64,000 bases of DNA, taken from NCBI GenBank assembly GCA_965224705.1, contig OZ245056.1, positions 608,001-672,000 on the forward strand. The letters run 5' to 3'. A program made the translations under genes and the position numbers. The stretch's first letter is position 1, and every line of letters begins with the position of its first letter. Below the pieces are notes generated by a model. The model was not told where the DNA came from. It did no database searches and saw only the letters and a program-made list of their open reading frames with translations. Shown here piece after piece: positions 27,245-38,204 of this stretch. The stretch is from Spirochaetaceae bacterium (GTDB lineage: Bacteria > Spirochaetota > Spirochaetia > DSM-2461).

Positions 27245-27932
27245 AAAACTATTGTTAGTCGGATTGGCCGTATTAGTAGTAACAATCCTGATATTGATTC
27301 TTGTGGGTCGTTCCCTTCTGATTGAGCCTGAGTATGATATGGAAGAAATGGGCCATCAGGAAACAATGAATCTTGATTACGAAGGATTTACGGGAATATT
27401 TATTGATGGATGGGATGTGGATATTGAGAAGTCCGATGATTTCTCGATTAATATATCGTATCCAGCAGCAATGAAGAATTACATTGAAATAGAAAAGAAG
27501 GATGATGAACTCATTATGACGACTGTATCCAGAAGAGGAGTACATCTATTCAGGCAGGGTTTTGATGCCATCATTACCATGCCTTCACTGCAATCCCTGA
27601 TGGTTGAAGGTACGAGCAATGTCAGTATGGAAGATTTTGAAGAGGAATCCATTAAAATTGGGCTTGTTGGTATCGGCAAAATCAAAGCGGAGAATTCTTC
27701 AGTGCGTTTTCTTGAAGTGACCCTGGATGGAATCGGGGACATTGAGCTTAATGGAATGATAACTGATAATGCTAACGTGTATTTGAATGGTACGGGAGAG
27801 ATTGAACTCAACATGGATGGTGGAGTCCTTGAGGGAGTACTTGAGGGACTTGGTTCTATTCGATATACAGGCTATGTCAGCAATGAACAGATTGAAATTG
27901 ATGGACTTGGTCAGGTAGAATTTGAGCGGTGA
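27231..27932 (+). CDS. Membrane-anchored GIN/DUF2807-like beta-helix protein
   Basis: N-terminal TM then repeats such as LDGIGDIEL, LNGTGEIEL, LEGLGSIRY. Confidence 0.75.
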   Translation: MKTSRKLLLVGLAVLVVTILILILVGRSLLIEPEYDMEEMGHQETMNLDYEGFTGIFIDGWDVDIEKSDDFSINISYPAAMKNYIEIEKKDDELIMTTVSRRGVHLFRQGFDAIITMPSLQSLMVEGTSNVSMEDFEEESIKIGLVGIGKIKAENSSVRFLEVTLDGIGDIELNGMITDNANVYLNGTGEIELNMDGGVLEGVLEGLGSIRYTGYVSNEQIEIDGLGQVEFER

Positions 27933-28068
27933 GAGCCGGTATAAAACTCGCTGCTGACCGTGTTTGAAAGACTGAATACGGGCTGGGGAAACGGGTTTCA
28001 GTCAGCATGATTTCTAGTTCAGGTCTATTCAGTGTTGAAGAAAGCTACTATTATCTCTTATTTATAAT

Positions 28069-28458
28069 ATGAAAGAATCTATAACTTTTTTATTAGTCGC
28101 CTGCATCCTTTCAGCATGTGCTTCCAATGCCCAGAATTCAGCAACCCCTGTTGCTGTCGAAAACATGGAGAATACAGACTTTCTCACCAGACCTCAATTT
28201 GGTAAGCCCGTACTCCGACCACTCGGACATGTTCTCTTATCATGGAATAAAGCTGAAAATACGGATGGTTATGAACTGCAGGAGTCGGATACAGAAAGCT
28301 TCAACACCATTCTGCAGAACTGGACGATGAGTGGAAGCAGTATAGAGATTCCATTCAAGGAAGGTGTTCCCCGATGGTACAGGGTAAGAAGCTTCACTCT
28401 GGAGAATGTGAGCCGATGGAGTCCTGTCTTTAGACTGGATGGGAAGGTTCTGCAATGA
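28069..28458 (+). CDS. Lipoprotein with a fibronectin type III-like domain
   Basis: Lipobox LSAC; LSW...YELQ...WYRVRS...SRWS pattern. Confidence 0.65.
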   Translation: MKESITFLLVACILSACASNAQNSATPVAVENMENTDFLTRPQFGKPVLRPLGHVLLSWNKAENTDGYELQESDTESFNTILQNWTMSGSSIEIPFKEGVPRWYRVRSFTLENVSRWSPVFRLDGKVLQ

Positions 28459-29147
28459 GTAATGAGTGGTTATGGTTAATAATGCTTGGCTTGAATTTTG
28501 CCGGTATTCTCGCTGTATACCGTTTTTTCGGTCGTGTTGGACTTTATGCCTGGCTGCCCATTGCGGTGATTATCGCCAATTTACAGGTAATCAAGACAGT
28601 TGATCTTTTCGGATTAACAGCTTCACTGGGCAATATTGTCTATGCAACCAGTTTTCTTGCCACGGATATACTGTCTGAGAATCATGGAAAGCAAGATGCC
28701 GGTAAAGCTGTTTGCGTTGGTTTTTTTTCCCTGATTATTCTAACCGTAATGATGAATTTAGCCCTGCAGTTTAAGCCTTCACCAATTGATATCGCCCACA
28801 CAAGTATGCTGAACCTTTTTAAGTTTTTTCCCCGAATTACACTGGCCAGTTTCATCGCCTATGGGGTAAGTCAGAGCCATGATATCTGGATGTATTCGTT
28901 GTTGAAGAAACGACTGCCTGGATGGAAGTGGATATGGGTTCGCAATAACCTGTCTACCATACTGAGTCAATTCATTGATTCCGCAATTTTCAGTGTGATT
29001 GCATTTGCCGGGCTTGTTCCAGTGGAAGAGTTCTGGGAGATTGTTATCACAACCTGTGTTTTGAAATGGCTGGTCGCTGTTGCTGATACACCTATGGTTT
29101 ATCTGGCCAAATACTGGCAGGCCCATGGAAAATCAAGGGGGGTCTGA
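28455..29147 (+). CDS. Queuosine precursor transporter (YhhQ/VUT family)
   Basis: ANLQVIK, FLATDILSENHG, RNNLSTILSQFIDS, DTPMVY. Confidence 0.88.
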   Translation: MSNEWLWLIMLGLNFAGILAVYRFFGRVGLYAWLPIAVIIANLQVIKTVDLFGLTASLGNIVYATSFLATDILSENHGKQDAGKAVCVGFFSLIILTVMMNLALQFKPSPIDIAHTSMLNLFKFFPRITLASFIAYGVSQSHDIWMYSLLKKRLPGWKWIWVRNNLSTILSQFIDSAIFSVIAFAGLVPVEEFWEIVITTCVLKWLVAVADTPMVYLAKYWQAHGKSRGV

Positions 29148-29150
29148 GGT

Positions 29151-29930
29151 ATGTTCTGGCTGACTGTTAAGAAGTCTTTTTTTGATGCATGGGACAATCT
29201 TTGGAAGATGGTTCTCTGCAACTTTGCCTTCCTTCTTCTAATGATTCTTGGTTTCTGGCCAATGTTCGAAATATCCCGGTTTCAAATGCTAACAGGCGGT
29301 CTATTTTTTATAGTTATTATTCCAATTCTTTTCATTGCGATGGGGGCGATTTCTTTCATCATGTTCAATGTGAGTGAATACAAAAACGTACTCTGGGTGG
29401 ATGTGGTAAAAGCTGTCAAGAAAAATGCAATGGTCAATTTTGGATATTCCCTGATAATGACAGGTTTCTTCATCCTCTCTTTTCTGGGAACGAATTATTA
29501 CATTTCCATCAAGAGTATTTTTGCTGTTGCTGCATGGTCATTGCTTCTCTGGGTGAACCTGGGTATCTACCTGGCCGCTATCTGGATCTTTGCTGTAAGA
29601 AATCGTTTAAGCGGAGGATTCTGGAAATCATTGAAGAAATGTGTTTTGATTATGATCGACAATATTGCACTAACCCTGTTTACCGGATTGATAATGATTC
29701 CACTGCAGGTCATCCTGTGGCCGTTAACATCTTTTGCGGCATTTGGTCCAGCCGGTATACAATTGTATCTCAATGTATCATTGCGGCTACTGATGCATAA
29801 ATACGATTGGTTGGAGGAGAATCCGGAAGCGGCCAGGCAGTCCATCCCCTGGTATGAATTGCTTGTGGAAGAGAGGGAAAAAATTGGCAGAAGAACTCTG
29901 AAAGGGATGATTTTTCCCTGGAAGGATTGA
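29151..29930 (+). CDS. Conserved hypothetical membrane protein
   Basis: Multiple TM segments; ends IFPWKD. Confidence 0.7.
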   Translation: MFWLTVKKSFFDAWDNLWKMVLCNFAFLLLMILGFWPMFEISRFQMLTGGLFFIVIIPILFIAMGAISFIMFNVSEYKNVLWVDVVKAVKKNAMVNFGYSLIMTGFFILSFLGTNYYISIKSIFAVAAWSLLLWVNLGIYLAAIWIFAVRNRLSGGFWKSLKKCVLIMIDNIALTLFTGLIMIPLQVILWPLTSFAAFGPAGIQLYLNVSLRLLMHKYDWLEENPEAARQSIPWYELLVEEREKIGRRTLKGMIFPWKD

Positions 29931-29943
29931 ACAGGAGGTAAAC

Positions 29944-31347
29944 ATGCCGGGTAGGAATCTATTAGAAAAAGTATGGGAGCGGCACAGGGTGAAAACCCTG
30001 TCCTCAGGACAGGATCAACTGTTTATCGGAATGCATCTCATCCATGAGGTAACGTCTCCCCAGGCATTTGGGATGTTGGAAGAGAGAGGATTGAAGGTTC
30101 AGTATCCTGAACGAACATTTGCAACGGTTGATCATATAATACCAACGGAGAGTATTCATCGGCCCTTCAGCGATCCCCTGGCTGAAGAATTGATACAGAC
30201 CCTGGAGAGTAATACCAGAAAACATGATATTACTTACTTTGGTCCTGATTCAGGTAAGCAGGGAGTTGTTCATGTGGTTGGGCCTGAACAGGGACTCACC
30301 CAGCCGGGTATGACCATAGCCTGCGGTGATTCCCACACAGCCACTCATGGGGCATTTGGAGCAATCGCCTTCGGTGTCGGCACAAGTCAGGTGCGGGATA
30401 TTCTTGCCACCCAGACCATGGCCCTTTCCCGTCTCAGGGTAAGGAAAATACAGGTAAACGGTCATCTTGAACCGGGAGTTGGTGCCAAGGATCTTATCCT
30501 GGCCATTATAGGCCGTCTGGGAGTGAATGGCGGACTCGGATATGCCTATGAATATACCGGAGAGGCTGTCAGGACCCTGAAAATGGAAGAAAGGATGACG
30601 CTTTGCAATATGAGCATTGAAGGCGGGGCCCGTGTTGGATATGTGAATCCTGATTCAGTCACCTATTCCTGGCTCAAAGAACGTCTGAGCAGCAGCGAAT
30701 TTGAGAAGATGAAGGCATTTGGTGAAGAAATGAAATCGGATGAGGATGCGTTCTACGATGATGAAGTCGTTTTTCAGGCCCGTGACATAAAACCCATGGT
30801 AACCTGGGGAATCAATCCCGGACAGGTTGTGTCAGTGGAGGATACTTTGCCGGAGGTTGAGGATCTGCCGGAAGATGAGAGGGAAACAGCGGCCAGGGCC
30901 TATGAACACATGGGATTCTCTCCGGGAGAATCCATGTTGGGAAAAAAGATAGATGTTGTTTTCATTGGTTCCTGCACGAACGGGCGTTTAACGGATCTCC
31001 GTGAGGCAGCAGAAGTGGTAAGGGGCCGAAAAGTTGTGAAAAATGTTAAGGCTCTTGTTGTTCCGGGAAGTCAGGCTGTCGCCAAAGCAGCAGAAGAAGA
31101 AGGGCTGAATACAGTTTTTACAGAAGCTGGTTTTCAGTGGCGTCTGGCAGGCTGCTCCATGTGCCTGGCCATGAATCCTGACAAACTCAGCGGTCGTCAG
31201 CTTTCAGCCAGCACATCAAACCGTAACTTCATAGGCCGCCAGGGTTCTCCAGTCGGACGAACTTTACTGGTCAGTCCCCGGATGGCAGCCGCCGCTGCAC
31301 TCAACGGCAAAATCGTTGATGTGAGGAAGGAAGGAACTTTGAAATGA
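29944..31347 (+). CDS. leuC: 3-isopropylmalate dehydratase large subunit
   Basis: [38 protein letters not shown]. Confidence 0.97.
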   Translation: MPGRNLLEKVWERHRVKTLSSGQDQLFIGMHLIHEVTSPQAFGMLEERGLKVQYPERTFATVDHIIPTESIHRPFSDPLAEELIQTLESNTRKHDITYFGPDSGKQGVVHVVGPEQGLTQPGMTIACGDSHTATHGAFGAIAFGVGTSQVRDILATQTMALSRLRVRKIQVNGHLEPGVGAKDLILAIIGRLGVNGGLGYAYEYTGEAVRTLKMEERMTLCNMSIEGGARVGYVNPDSVTYSWLKERLSSSEFEKMKAFGEEMKSDEDAFYDDEVVFQARDIKPMVTWGINPGQVVSVEDTLPEVEDLPEDERETAARAYEHMGFSPGESMLGKKIDVVFIGSCTNGRLTDLREAAEVVRGRKVVKNVKALVVPGSQAVAKAAEEEGLNTVFTEAGFQWRLAGCSMCLAMNPDKLSGRQLSASTSNRNFIGRQGSPVGRTLLVSPRMAAAAALNGKIVDVRKEGTLK

Positions 31348-31946
31348 TTCAGACGATTAAGAAAATTGAAGGGAAGGGGATCGCCGTGAGGGGAAATGAT
31401 ATTGATACCGATAGAATTATCCCTGCACGGTTTATGAAATGTGTTACCTTCAGCGGCCTTGGAAAGTATGCATTTTACGATGAACGTGTGGACGGCCTGG
31501 GTCAACACAAAGGACATTCCTTTGATGATGCCCGATGGGCTGGAAATCCAATACTCCTGGTTAATGCTAATTTTGGATGTGGTTCATCACGGGAACATGC
31601 ACCTCAGGCTTTGAAAGACTATGGTATTTCTGGAATTATCGGGCAGTCGTTTGCAGAGATATTTGCCGGGAACTGTTCCTCTCTGGGGATTCCAGCCGTC
31701 ATGCTCCCGCTCCCGGATGTAGAGCAGCTTCAGAGGATTGTGGAAGAACGCCCGGAAACAGTGATTTCCATCGATCTTGAAGGCATGAGAATTGAAACAG
31801 CCGGACTCATTCTGGATGCAGCCATGCCCGAATTCTACAGGCAGGCACTTTTGGATGGGAGCTGGGATTCCACCGCAATTTTAACCGAATCCATGAGTGA
31901 CATCAAAAGAGTCGCCGGGAATTTACCCTATATGTCTGAATGTTGA
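31344..31946 (+). CDS. leuD: 3-isopropylmalate dehydratase small subunit
   Basis: [24 protein letters not shown]. Confidence 0.97.
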   Translation: MIQTIKKIEGKGIAVRGNDIDTDRIIPARFMKCVTFSGLGKYAFYDERVDGLGQHKGHSFDDARWAGNPILLVNANFGCGSSREHAPQALKDYGISGIIGQSFAEIFAGNCSSLGIPAVMLPLPDVEQLQRIVEERPETVISIDLEGMRIETAGLILDAAMPEFYRQALLDGSWDSTAILTESMSDIKRVAGNLPYMSEC

Positions 31947-32857
31947 ATGAATCTATGAATATCGATGAAATCAAAGCAGCCGATCTTGTGCCAGGGGACA
32001 TGCCAGGCGATAAAATCCTGATAGATGAATCTCACTTACTTCGGGCCCGGAGATTATTTCCCATCCTGCATGATTTCCTCAAAGAGTCTTCAGAGAGTAA
32101 GATATGTGTGTCCATTTTTGGAGGATCAGGCTCTGGAAAATCCGAAATAGGTTCCATCCTCTCATACAGATGCAAGAAAGAAGGCTATCCCACCTATCTG
32201 CTTTCAGGTGATAACTATCCTGTCCGCTGTTCCCCGATGAATGATGCAGAACGACTGAACCGGTTTCGAAACGCTGGCCTGTCCGCCATGATAAAGCATG
32301 AGGATTTTTGTGATGACTGGAATGATGAAATCCAGAGTCTCATAAGGTCAGGAGAAGATGCCCTTCTTGAAGACAGTCAACAGATTTCCGGTAAGAGTAT
32401 ATATCAAACCGAAGGATGTGAAGAGCTCAAACGCTATCTTGGGACCCATGAGGAAATTGATTTTACAACAGTGAACTGGATTATAAATGAATTCAAGTCT
32501 GGTGCGGCTGAAATTCCTCTCAAACGAATCGGTCTTACACCGGAAGAAACAAAATTCGAACTGGTTGATTTCTCATCGATTCAAGTCCTGATAGTAGAAT
32601 GGACTCATGGGATGAGTGGGTTCTTAAACGGGATAGATTTCCCCATCTTTCTTTACAGTACTCAGCATGAAACAGCCGAACACCGTAAACTTCGAGGTCG
32701 GGATTCCAATACAGACAGTCTTTTTACGATTCTTCTTCTTTCCCTGGAGCAGGAATTAATCAATCGGCAGGCGCCATTGGCCAGAGTTATAATTACAAAG
32801 GATGGCCAGTTCATATCACCTGGAGATTTTGAAGAATTCCTAAGAAATGAACACTGA
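31940..32857 (+). CDS. P-loop kinase, putative sugar kinase
   Basis: Walker A GGSGSGKS, LSGDNYP, LIVEWTH; overlaps the phosphorylase gene. Confidence 0.7.
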   Translation: MLNESMNIDEIKAADLVPGDMPGDKILIDESHLLRARRLFPILHDFLKESSESKICVSIFGGSGSGKSEIGSILSYRCKKEGYPTYLLSGDNYPVRCSPMNDAERLNRFRNAGLSAMIKHEDFCDDWNDEIQSLIRSGEDALLEDSQQISGKSIYQTEGCEELKRYLGTHEEIDFTTVNWIINEFKSGAAEIPLKRIGLTPEETKFELVDFSSIQVLIVEWTHGMSGFLNGIDFPIFLYSTQHETAEHRKLRGRDSNTDSLFTILLLSLEQELINRQAPLARVIITKDGQFISPGDFEEFLRNEH

Positions 32858-34364
32858 TGGAGTGATGTTCAATGCTTATCCTGACAGCTGCGGCGGAAAT
32901 CTTTCCGCCACAGTAAAACTGTTGGAACGGCCTGAATTCAAGAATGTCTTCAAGTATTTCTACCTCCTGCCATCCATGTTTCAGTCCGATCTGGATCGTG
33001 GATTCTCGATAATCTCCTATGACCTGGATGATTCTCTGGTCTCTCCTGGCAGCCTTGATTCCCTGCGTCGGCTTGGAATTGAGCTCAAACTGGATATAGT
33101 TCTCAATCATCTGTCAGTACAGTCTCCTGAGTTCCAGGATATTCTCAATAGAGGTGAACAGTCGCCTTTCTGTGAGATGTTTATAGACTGGAATGAATTC
33201 TGGAAGGGCCATGGAAATACTGGTTCTCAGGGGTATGTTATTCCCGATAAAGAATACCTTTCAAGGCTGTTTATGAGAAAACCGGAATTGCCCATTCTTG
33301 AAACTCACTGGCCGAACGGCACACCCCACTATTACTGGAATACATTCTACCAGAAAAAAGATGAAGACCATCCCGGGGAAATTCTTGGACAGGTGGATTT
33401 GAATGCAGAATCAAAAAAAACCTGGAGTTATTATGAGAATACTATAGAAAAGCTTTCATCTTTCGGTGCCAGAATCCTGCGCCTGGATGCCTTTGCCTAT
33501 TTACACAAAAGAGTTGGAGAGACAAATTTTTTCAATAAGCCTGGTACCTGGGAGTATTTGCAAAGAATACAGAGAATTGCATCCCGATACGAGCTTACTT
33601 TGCTGCCGGAGATTCATTCGAAATGGTCGGAAGGAGTGCATCGAGAACTTGCAGAGAAAGGGTATCTTTTTTATGACTTCTTCTTCCCGGCATTGCTTAT
33701 TGATGCTTTGGAGAATGCCCATTCAGAAACTCTTATTTCCTGGATAGAGGAAATTCGGGATAACCAGTATCGAACGGTTAACATGCTGGGCTGCCATGAC
33801 GGAATCCCTGTGCTCGATGTTGACGGTTTATTACCTGATGAACGGATAGATCAATTGATAAACACTATCACCAGCAGAGGTGGATTCATTAAAAATCTAT
33901 TTGATCTGGATGGGAAAAAAATTTCCTATTATCAAGTCAATGCAGCATTTTTAAGTGCTCTGGGAGAGAATGAGCAGAAAATGCAGTTGGCCAGGGCAAT
34001 ACAGATATTCATGCCGGGTATCCCTGAAGTCTGGTATCTTGATTTGTTTGCAGGGACCAATGATTACAATGCAGCATCAGAACTTGGCCACAAAGAGATT
34101 AACCGTACAAATCTTTCGGTAGAGGAAATAAACAGCCGCTTAAATCGGTCACTCATACAGAATCAACTGAAAATGCTTCAATTCAGAAATACATTTCCAG
34201 CATTCAGTTCTCATAGTCAATTGTCTATTGAAAGGAGAAACTCTTCCCACCTTGCACTAACCTGGACTCAAAATGATCATACTGCCATTCTTGATGCTGA
34301 TCTTTCAGCAAGCACATTTTCAATTCGATATAATGATGGAGGAGGTCAAAAAGTCCTCATATAA
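32847..34364 (+). CDS. GH13_18 sucrose-phosphorylase-family glycoside phosphorylase
   Basis: NAYPDS, DRGFS, VLNHLS, LRLDAFAY, LPEIH, GCHDGIP, YYQVN. Confidence 0.88.
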   Translation: MNTDGVMFNAYPDSCGGNLSATVKLLERPEFKNVFKYFYLLPSMFQSDLDRGFSIISYDLDDSLVSPGSLDSLRRLGIELKLDIVLNHLSVQSPEFQDILNRGEQSPFCEMFIDWNEFWKGHGNTGSQGYVIPDKEYLSRLFMRKPELPILETHWPNGTPHYYWNTFYQKKDEDHPGEILGQVDLNAESKKTWSYYENTIEKLSSFGARILRLDAFAYLHKRVGETNFFNKPGTWEYLQRIQRIASRYELTLLPEIHSKWSEGVHRELAEKGYLFYDFFFPALLIDALENAHSETLISWIEEIRDNQYRTVNMLGCHDGIPVLDVDGLLPDERIDQLINTITSRGGFIKNLFDLDGKKISYYQVNAAFLSALGENEQKMQLARAIQIFMPGIPEVWYLDLFAGTNDYNAASELGHKEINRTNLSVEEINSRLNRSLIQNQLKMLQFRNTFPAFSSHSQLSIERRNSSHLALTWTQNDHTAILDADLSASTFSIRYNDGGGQKVLI

Positions 34365-34373
34365 CAAAAACAG

Positions 34374-34411
34374 AGCGCAACTGGGCTGCGTGAGTATTTT
34401 GTAACGCAGCA
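34374..34411. repeat. Partial family B-related repeat
   Basis: CTGGGCTGCGTGAGTATTTTGTAACGCAGCA matches the family B interior. Confidence 0.55.
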
Positions 34412-34582
34412 TGGCGGCCAAAATGCACTTTTGGAATACGCCATCTGCACACCCAGGCTTCCTTCTCTGAATCGGCCTTCTCGGAAAGATCTTCTCAGCC
34501 AGTTTTCTTTCTCAGGTTAAAAAGCAAATTATTCCTTCCCGGTATCTGATACTCACTTTGCGGGCAGGTTGAGATCTATGGA

Positions 34583-34655
<73 letters not shown>

Positions 34656-34755
34656 AATCTGGATAAACTGTACTGATCAAACTGGCACGGTCAAGTAAGG
34701 AATTCATCGGAGTATACTGAAACTCTACTTTGAATTAAGCAATGGATTCGTACAG

Positions 34756-35412
34756 CTAGTTCTTATTTTGAGCATTTCTCTGAGTTTTTACAAGGCGTCT
34801 GAAGTCATGGATGTTGGTAACGATAATGCTTGTTTGAGTCATACTTATTCTGTTTTTCTCCTGATAGTGATTGATGATTTCTCTACATCGGATGGGAGTT
34901 ATACCTGCCCAGTGGGCAATATCTGCAACAGAACAATTGAACTCACGTTCCCCCGAATTTGATACTTCTTCTTCAAGTTCAGTTTTTTCGTCCAGCATTA
35001 CAAACACATCCGCTACCTTGGCGGAATCATCTTCTAATGTGAGTATGGAGAACTGTCTTTTCTGATCGTAAATCCTTGTAGAAAAAAGACGCAGTAGTTT
35101 AAGAGCCAGTTGGGGATTACTGGTCATGAGCATCTCAAAGTTATTCTGATTGAACTCCAGAATCCTGCTATCCTCAACGGCAATGATTGAAGCACTCCGG
35201 GGAGCATTCTCCAGAAGTGCCATTTCACCGAAAAATTCACCTGGATGAAGCACGTCAATGAGTTTTTCAATTTTCCCGAAGATTTTAACAATCTTTACCT
35301 GACCTGAATTTATAAGGTAAAACGCATCGCCAGGTTCGTATTCGCAGAAAATAATACTACCGGCACTATAGTTTTTGGCGAACCGCTCGAATAAAGAAAG
35401 ATCCAGATTCAT
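34756..35412 (-). CDS. Crp/Fnr family cNMP-binding regulator
   Basis: GEFFGEMALLENAPRSAS and a C-terminal HTH-like region. Confidence 0.9.
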   Translation of the reverse strand: MNLDLSLFERFAKNYSAGSIIFCEYEPGDAFYLINSGQVKIVKIFGKIEKLIDVLHPGEFFGEMALLENAPRSASIIAVEDSRILEFNQNNFEMLMTSNPQLALKLLRLFSTRIYDQKRQFSILTLEDDSAKVADVFVMLDEKTELEEEVSNSGEREFNCSVADIAHWAGITPIRCREIINHYQEKNRISMTQTSIIVTNIHDFRRLVKTQRNAQNKN

Positions 35413-36392
35413 AATTTCTTTCCTTTGAGAGCACTGATTTTCGTCAGCATCTGGCGATACAGGCTGTCTGATTTCGGGAGATGTTTGTAGGCTGTCTGGT
35501 AGAATTCCAATGCCTTACTCTTCTGTGCAAGAGCTTCGTAGCTGAATCCAATATAACAAATTGCTTCACCTGTATGAGTAAGATTCGGGTATTTATGCAG
35601 AGTTGCCGAAAGCTGTTTTATTGCATCATTGTATTTTCCAAGGAAATACAAACAACAGCCAATCCGTAATTCCACATAGGCTTCATTTTCTGCAGCAGCT
35701 TTGTTTTCTAACAGGGTCAAAAAACCTTTGAGTGCAATTTTATACTGCTTGAGCTTATATTGAGAATCAATAGCATGAAATGATAATGCGGAATAACCTG
35801 TTGGCGGGTCATTTTGGGGAGCTATCTTCTGGCTATTGGGATTATTAAGGGATTGTTCCAATAGTGTTTGTGCTTCATCCGCCTTTAACTTGGCCTGTGG
35901 AGCATATGATCCAGTTGGCCAATGCTTCATATATCTTTGAAATGCAAACACGGCCTGTGAATACAGGCCTTCATTTTTATAATACTCACCGACAGAAATG
36001 AGTCCGGCTTCGGGGTTTATTTCTGTATCCTCTGTGGAAAGGCTGCTCTGCACCTGGTGGTGAATCCGCCGGAGTTGATTCGAGAAAACCCTGAGCATTT
36101 TCATCAGAATTCTTGGGTTTCCTGATATCAGTTCTTCAAACTCAGGTACGGTGAATTGCAGAACAGTACATTCTGTCAGTGCTCTGGCTGTATCATCGTG
36201 AAGATTACCAGCCAGTGCTGCCTTTACTCCAAAGAACTCTCCAGCTTCCACGGCCTCGCTAATTTCTTCGCCGGTTTGAAGATCTATACTGGTCAACTCA
36301 ACCTTTCCCTGCTTGAGTATGGATATCCCATCAGCTTTGTCTTCAGCGAAGTGTATTATGGCATTTGCATGATATGTAATTGGTTTCGGCAA
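35409..36392 (-). CDS. cNMP-binding domain plus TPR protein
   Basis: GEFFGV N-terminal domain followed by TPR-like helices. Confidence 0.8.
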   Translation of the reverse strand: MPKPITYHANAIIHFAEDKADGISILKQGKVELTSIDLQTGEEISEAVEAGEFFGVKAALAGNLHDDTARALTECTVLQFTVPEFEELISGNPRILMKMLRVFSNQLRRIHHQVQSSLSTEDTEINPEAGLISVGEYYKNEGLYSQAVFAFQRYMKHWPTGSYAPQAKLKADEAQTLLEQSLNNPNSQKIAPQNDPPTGYSALSFHAIDSQYKLKQYKIALKGFLTLLENKAAAENEAYVELRIGCCLYFLGKYNDAIKQLSATLHKYPNLTHTGEAICYIGFSYEALAQKSKALEFYQTAYKHLPKSDSLYRQMLTKISALKGKKL

Positions 36393-36483
36393 TTAGATAT
36401 TCTCCTGTACAACCAATTCTGGAAGAATACGAGATATGTCAAGCACTGTCAATATCTACAAACACAATATATGATATGATTCT

Positions 36484-37311
36484 ATGGTAGATCTTCATAC
36501 CCATTCAACAGAAAGCGATGGTGAATTGTCACCCAGCGAGTTAATAGACCTTGCAGATGAAACCGGGCTTTCTGCTATTGCTCTCACTGACCATGATACC
36601 ATTGCGGGTATCAATGAAGCCCAGGTTCGATCTGACATGAAAGGAATCAGATTTATTCCCGGAGTTGAAATCAACGTACAGTTTGAACTTGGAGAATGCC
36701 ATCTCCTTGGTCTCAACCTGAAGAAAGATAAAATCGTCCATATCGAGAAATTTCTTATGGAAATACGTCGGCATCGTGTAACTAGAAACCAGAAAATGAT
36801 TCAATGTATGCAGAATGATGACCTGGATATTTCCCTGGATGCCCTGTACAGCCAATTTCATGGTGATGTGATTGGGAGGCTGCATTTTGCTCGCTGGTTG
36901 ATTGCCGCAGGTAAAGCCAGAGATGTTCCAGACGCATTCAGAAAATGGCTGGGTGTCGGTCGGCCTTATTATGTCCGAAATTCTCTTCCCTCCATGGCAG
37001 AGTCTGTTCAGGTAATCCACCAATCCGGCGGGCAAGCTGTTGTTGCTCATCCTAAATCATTGTGGATTTCCTGGGGTCGTTTGAATATGCAATTAGCTGA
37101 GTGGAAAAGCATGGGGCTTGATGGAATTGAGGCGCTTCATTCCGGAAACTCGAAAAATGATGTTAAACGGTTATTGGAACTTGCTCAAACTCATGATTTA
37201 TTCATCACAGGAGGTTCTGATTTCCATGGTACAAGCCGCCCTGATCGAGTTTTAGGCCATGGTCCGCAGGGAATGTGTTTGGATGACAGTCTTCTGGAGC
37301 CATTTCAATGA
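36484..37311 (+). CDS. PHP domain phosphoesterase (TrpH/YciV-like)
   Basis: DLHTHS, ALTDHDT, AHP, TGGSDFHG. Confidence 0.92.
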   Translation: MVDLHTHSTESDGELSPSELIDLADETGLSAIALTDHDTIAGINEAQVRSDMKGIRFIPGVEINVQFELGECHLLGLNLKKDKIVHIEKFLMEIRRHRVTRNQKMIQCMQNDDLDISLDALYSQFHGDVIGRLHFARWLIAAGKARDVPDAFRKWLGVGRPYYVRNSLPSMAESVQVIHQSGGQAVVAHPKSLWISWGRLNMQLAEWKSMGLDGIEALHSGNSKNDVKRLLELAQTHDLFITGGSDFHGTSRPDRVLGHGPQGMCLDDSLLEPFQ

Positions 37312-38204
37312 TGAGAAGAGCCTTCCTCACAGCTCTAACAACATTGCTGGCTGTATACAGTCTTTTTGGAGATTACCCTCTTATTAGAGAAAAGAATAAA
37401 TCTCAAGATCTTGTTTTCCTGCAGCAGCAGCAGGATGTTTCTAATTGGTACTCAGGAATGGAAGATCCCCCTCCAATAGTCCTGTTTCGATATAAGCCTG
37501 ATGCCACGGAAAGTCTTTTTACAGTCGCAGCAGATTTCAATCTTCCATATGAGACCCTGTCTACACTGAACAGTTGGGATTCCCCGGCTCTTTTTGCCGC
37601 TGAAACCGAAATCCTGGTTTCAAATCTACCCGGGTTGTTTATTCAGGAATTGTCGGACATGGAGTGGGATAAAAACATGATTGAAACCCGGCAAAACCTG
37701 GAAAGCTCCAATCTTGTCATTACAACTGCAGATGGAATAACAAAAACATTTAAGTTCTTCCCTGGAGAAAAATTTACCCCTGAAGAGCGTATTCGGTTTC
37801 TTGGCAATCTTTTTTCTACACCTCTGGACAAAATCGCAGTGATTACATCCCATTATGGGTACAGAAACAGCCCAATTACTGGTAAAATAAGTTTCCATCC
37901 AGGCATAGACCTCAGAGTTGAGATAGGAACTCCTGTACTTTGTGCTCGAAATGGAGTAGTTTCTGATATAGGTACGTTGGAGATTTATGGCCTTTATCTT
38001 ATCATCAATCATGATGGAGGTTATCAAACGGTATATGCCCATCTCAAAGAAGTTCTGGTAACTCAGGGGCAGAGAGTGAATGCAGGTTCAGTTGTGGCTC
38101 TATCTGGCAATTCCGGGATTTCAACAGGCTCTCATCTGCATTTTGAGATACGTCGAAATGAACGTCCAATAAATCCTTTGCGGGTTACCGCATTGAGGAG
38201 ATGA
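37308..38204 (+). CDS. M23 family peptidase with LysM-like region
   Basis: FHPGIDL, YAHL, STGSHLHFEIR. Confidence 0.9.
   Translation: MMRRAFLTALTTLLAVYSLFGDYPLIREKNKSQDLVFLQQQQDVSNWYSGMEDPPPIVLFRYKPDATESLFTVAADFNLPYETLSTLNSWDSPALFAAETEILVSNLPGLFIQELSDMEWDKNMIETRQNLESSNLVITTADGITKTFKFFPGEKFTPEERIRFLGNLFSTPLDKIAVITSHYGYRNSPITGKISFHPGIDLRVEIGTPVLCARNGVVSDIGTLEIYGLYLIINHDGGYQTVYAHLKEVLVTQGQRVNAGSVVALSGNSGISTGSHLHFEIRRNERPINPLRVTALRR

Noticed and set aside
27933..28068. preQ1 riboswitch upstream of the queuosine transporter unit
   Set aside because: Some pairing potential, but no recognisable preQ1 consensus
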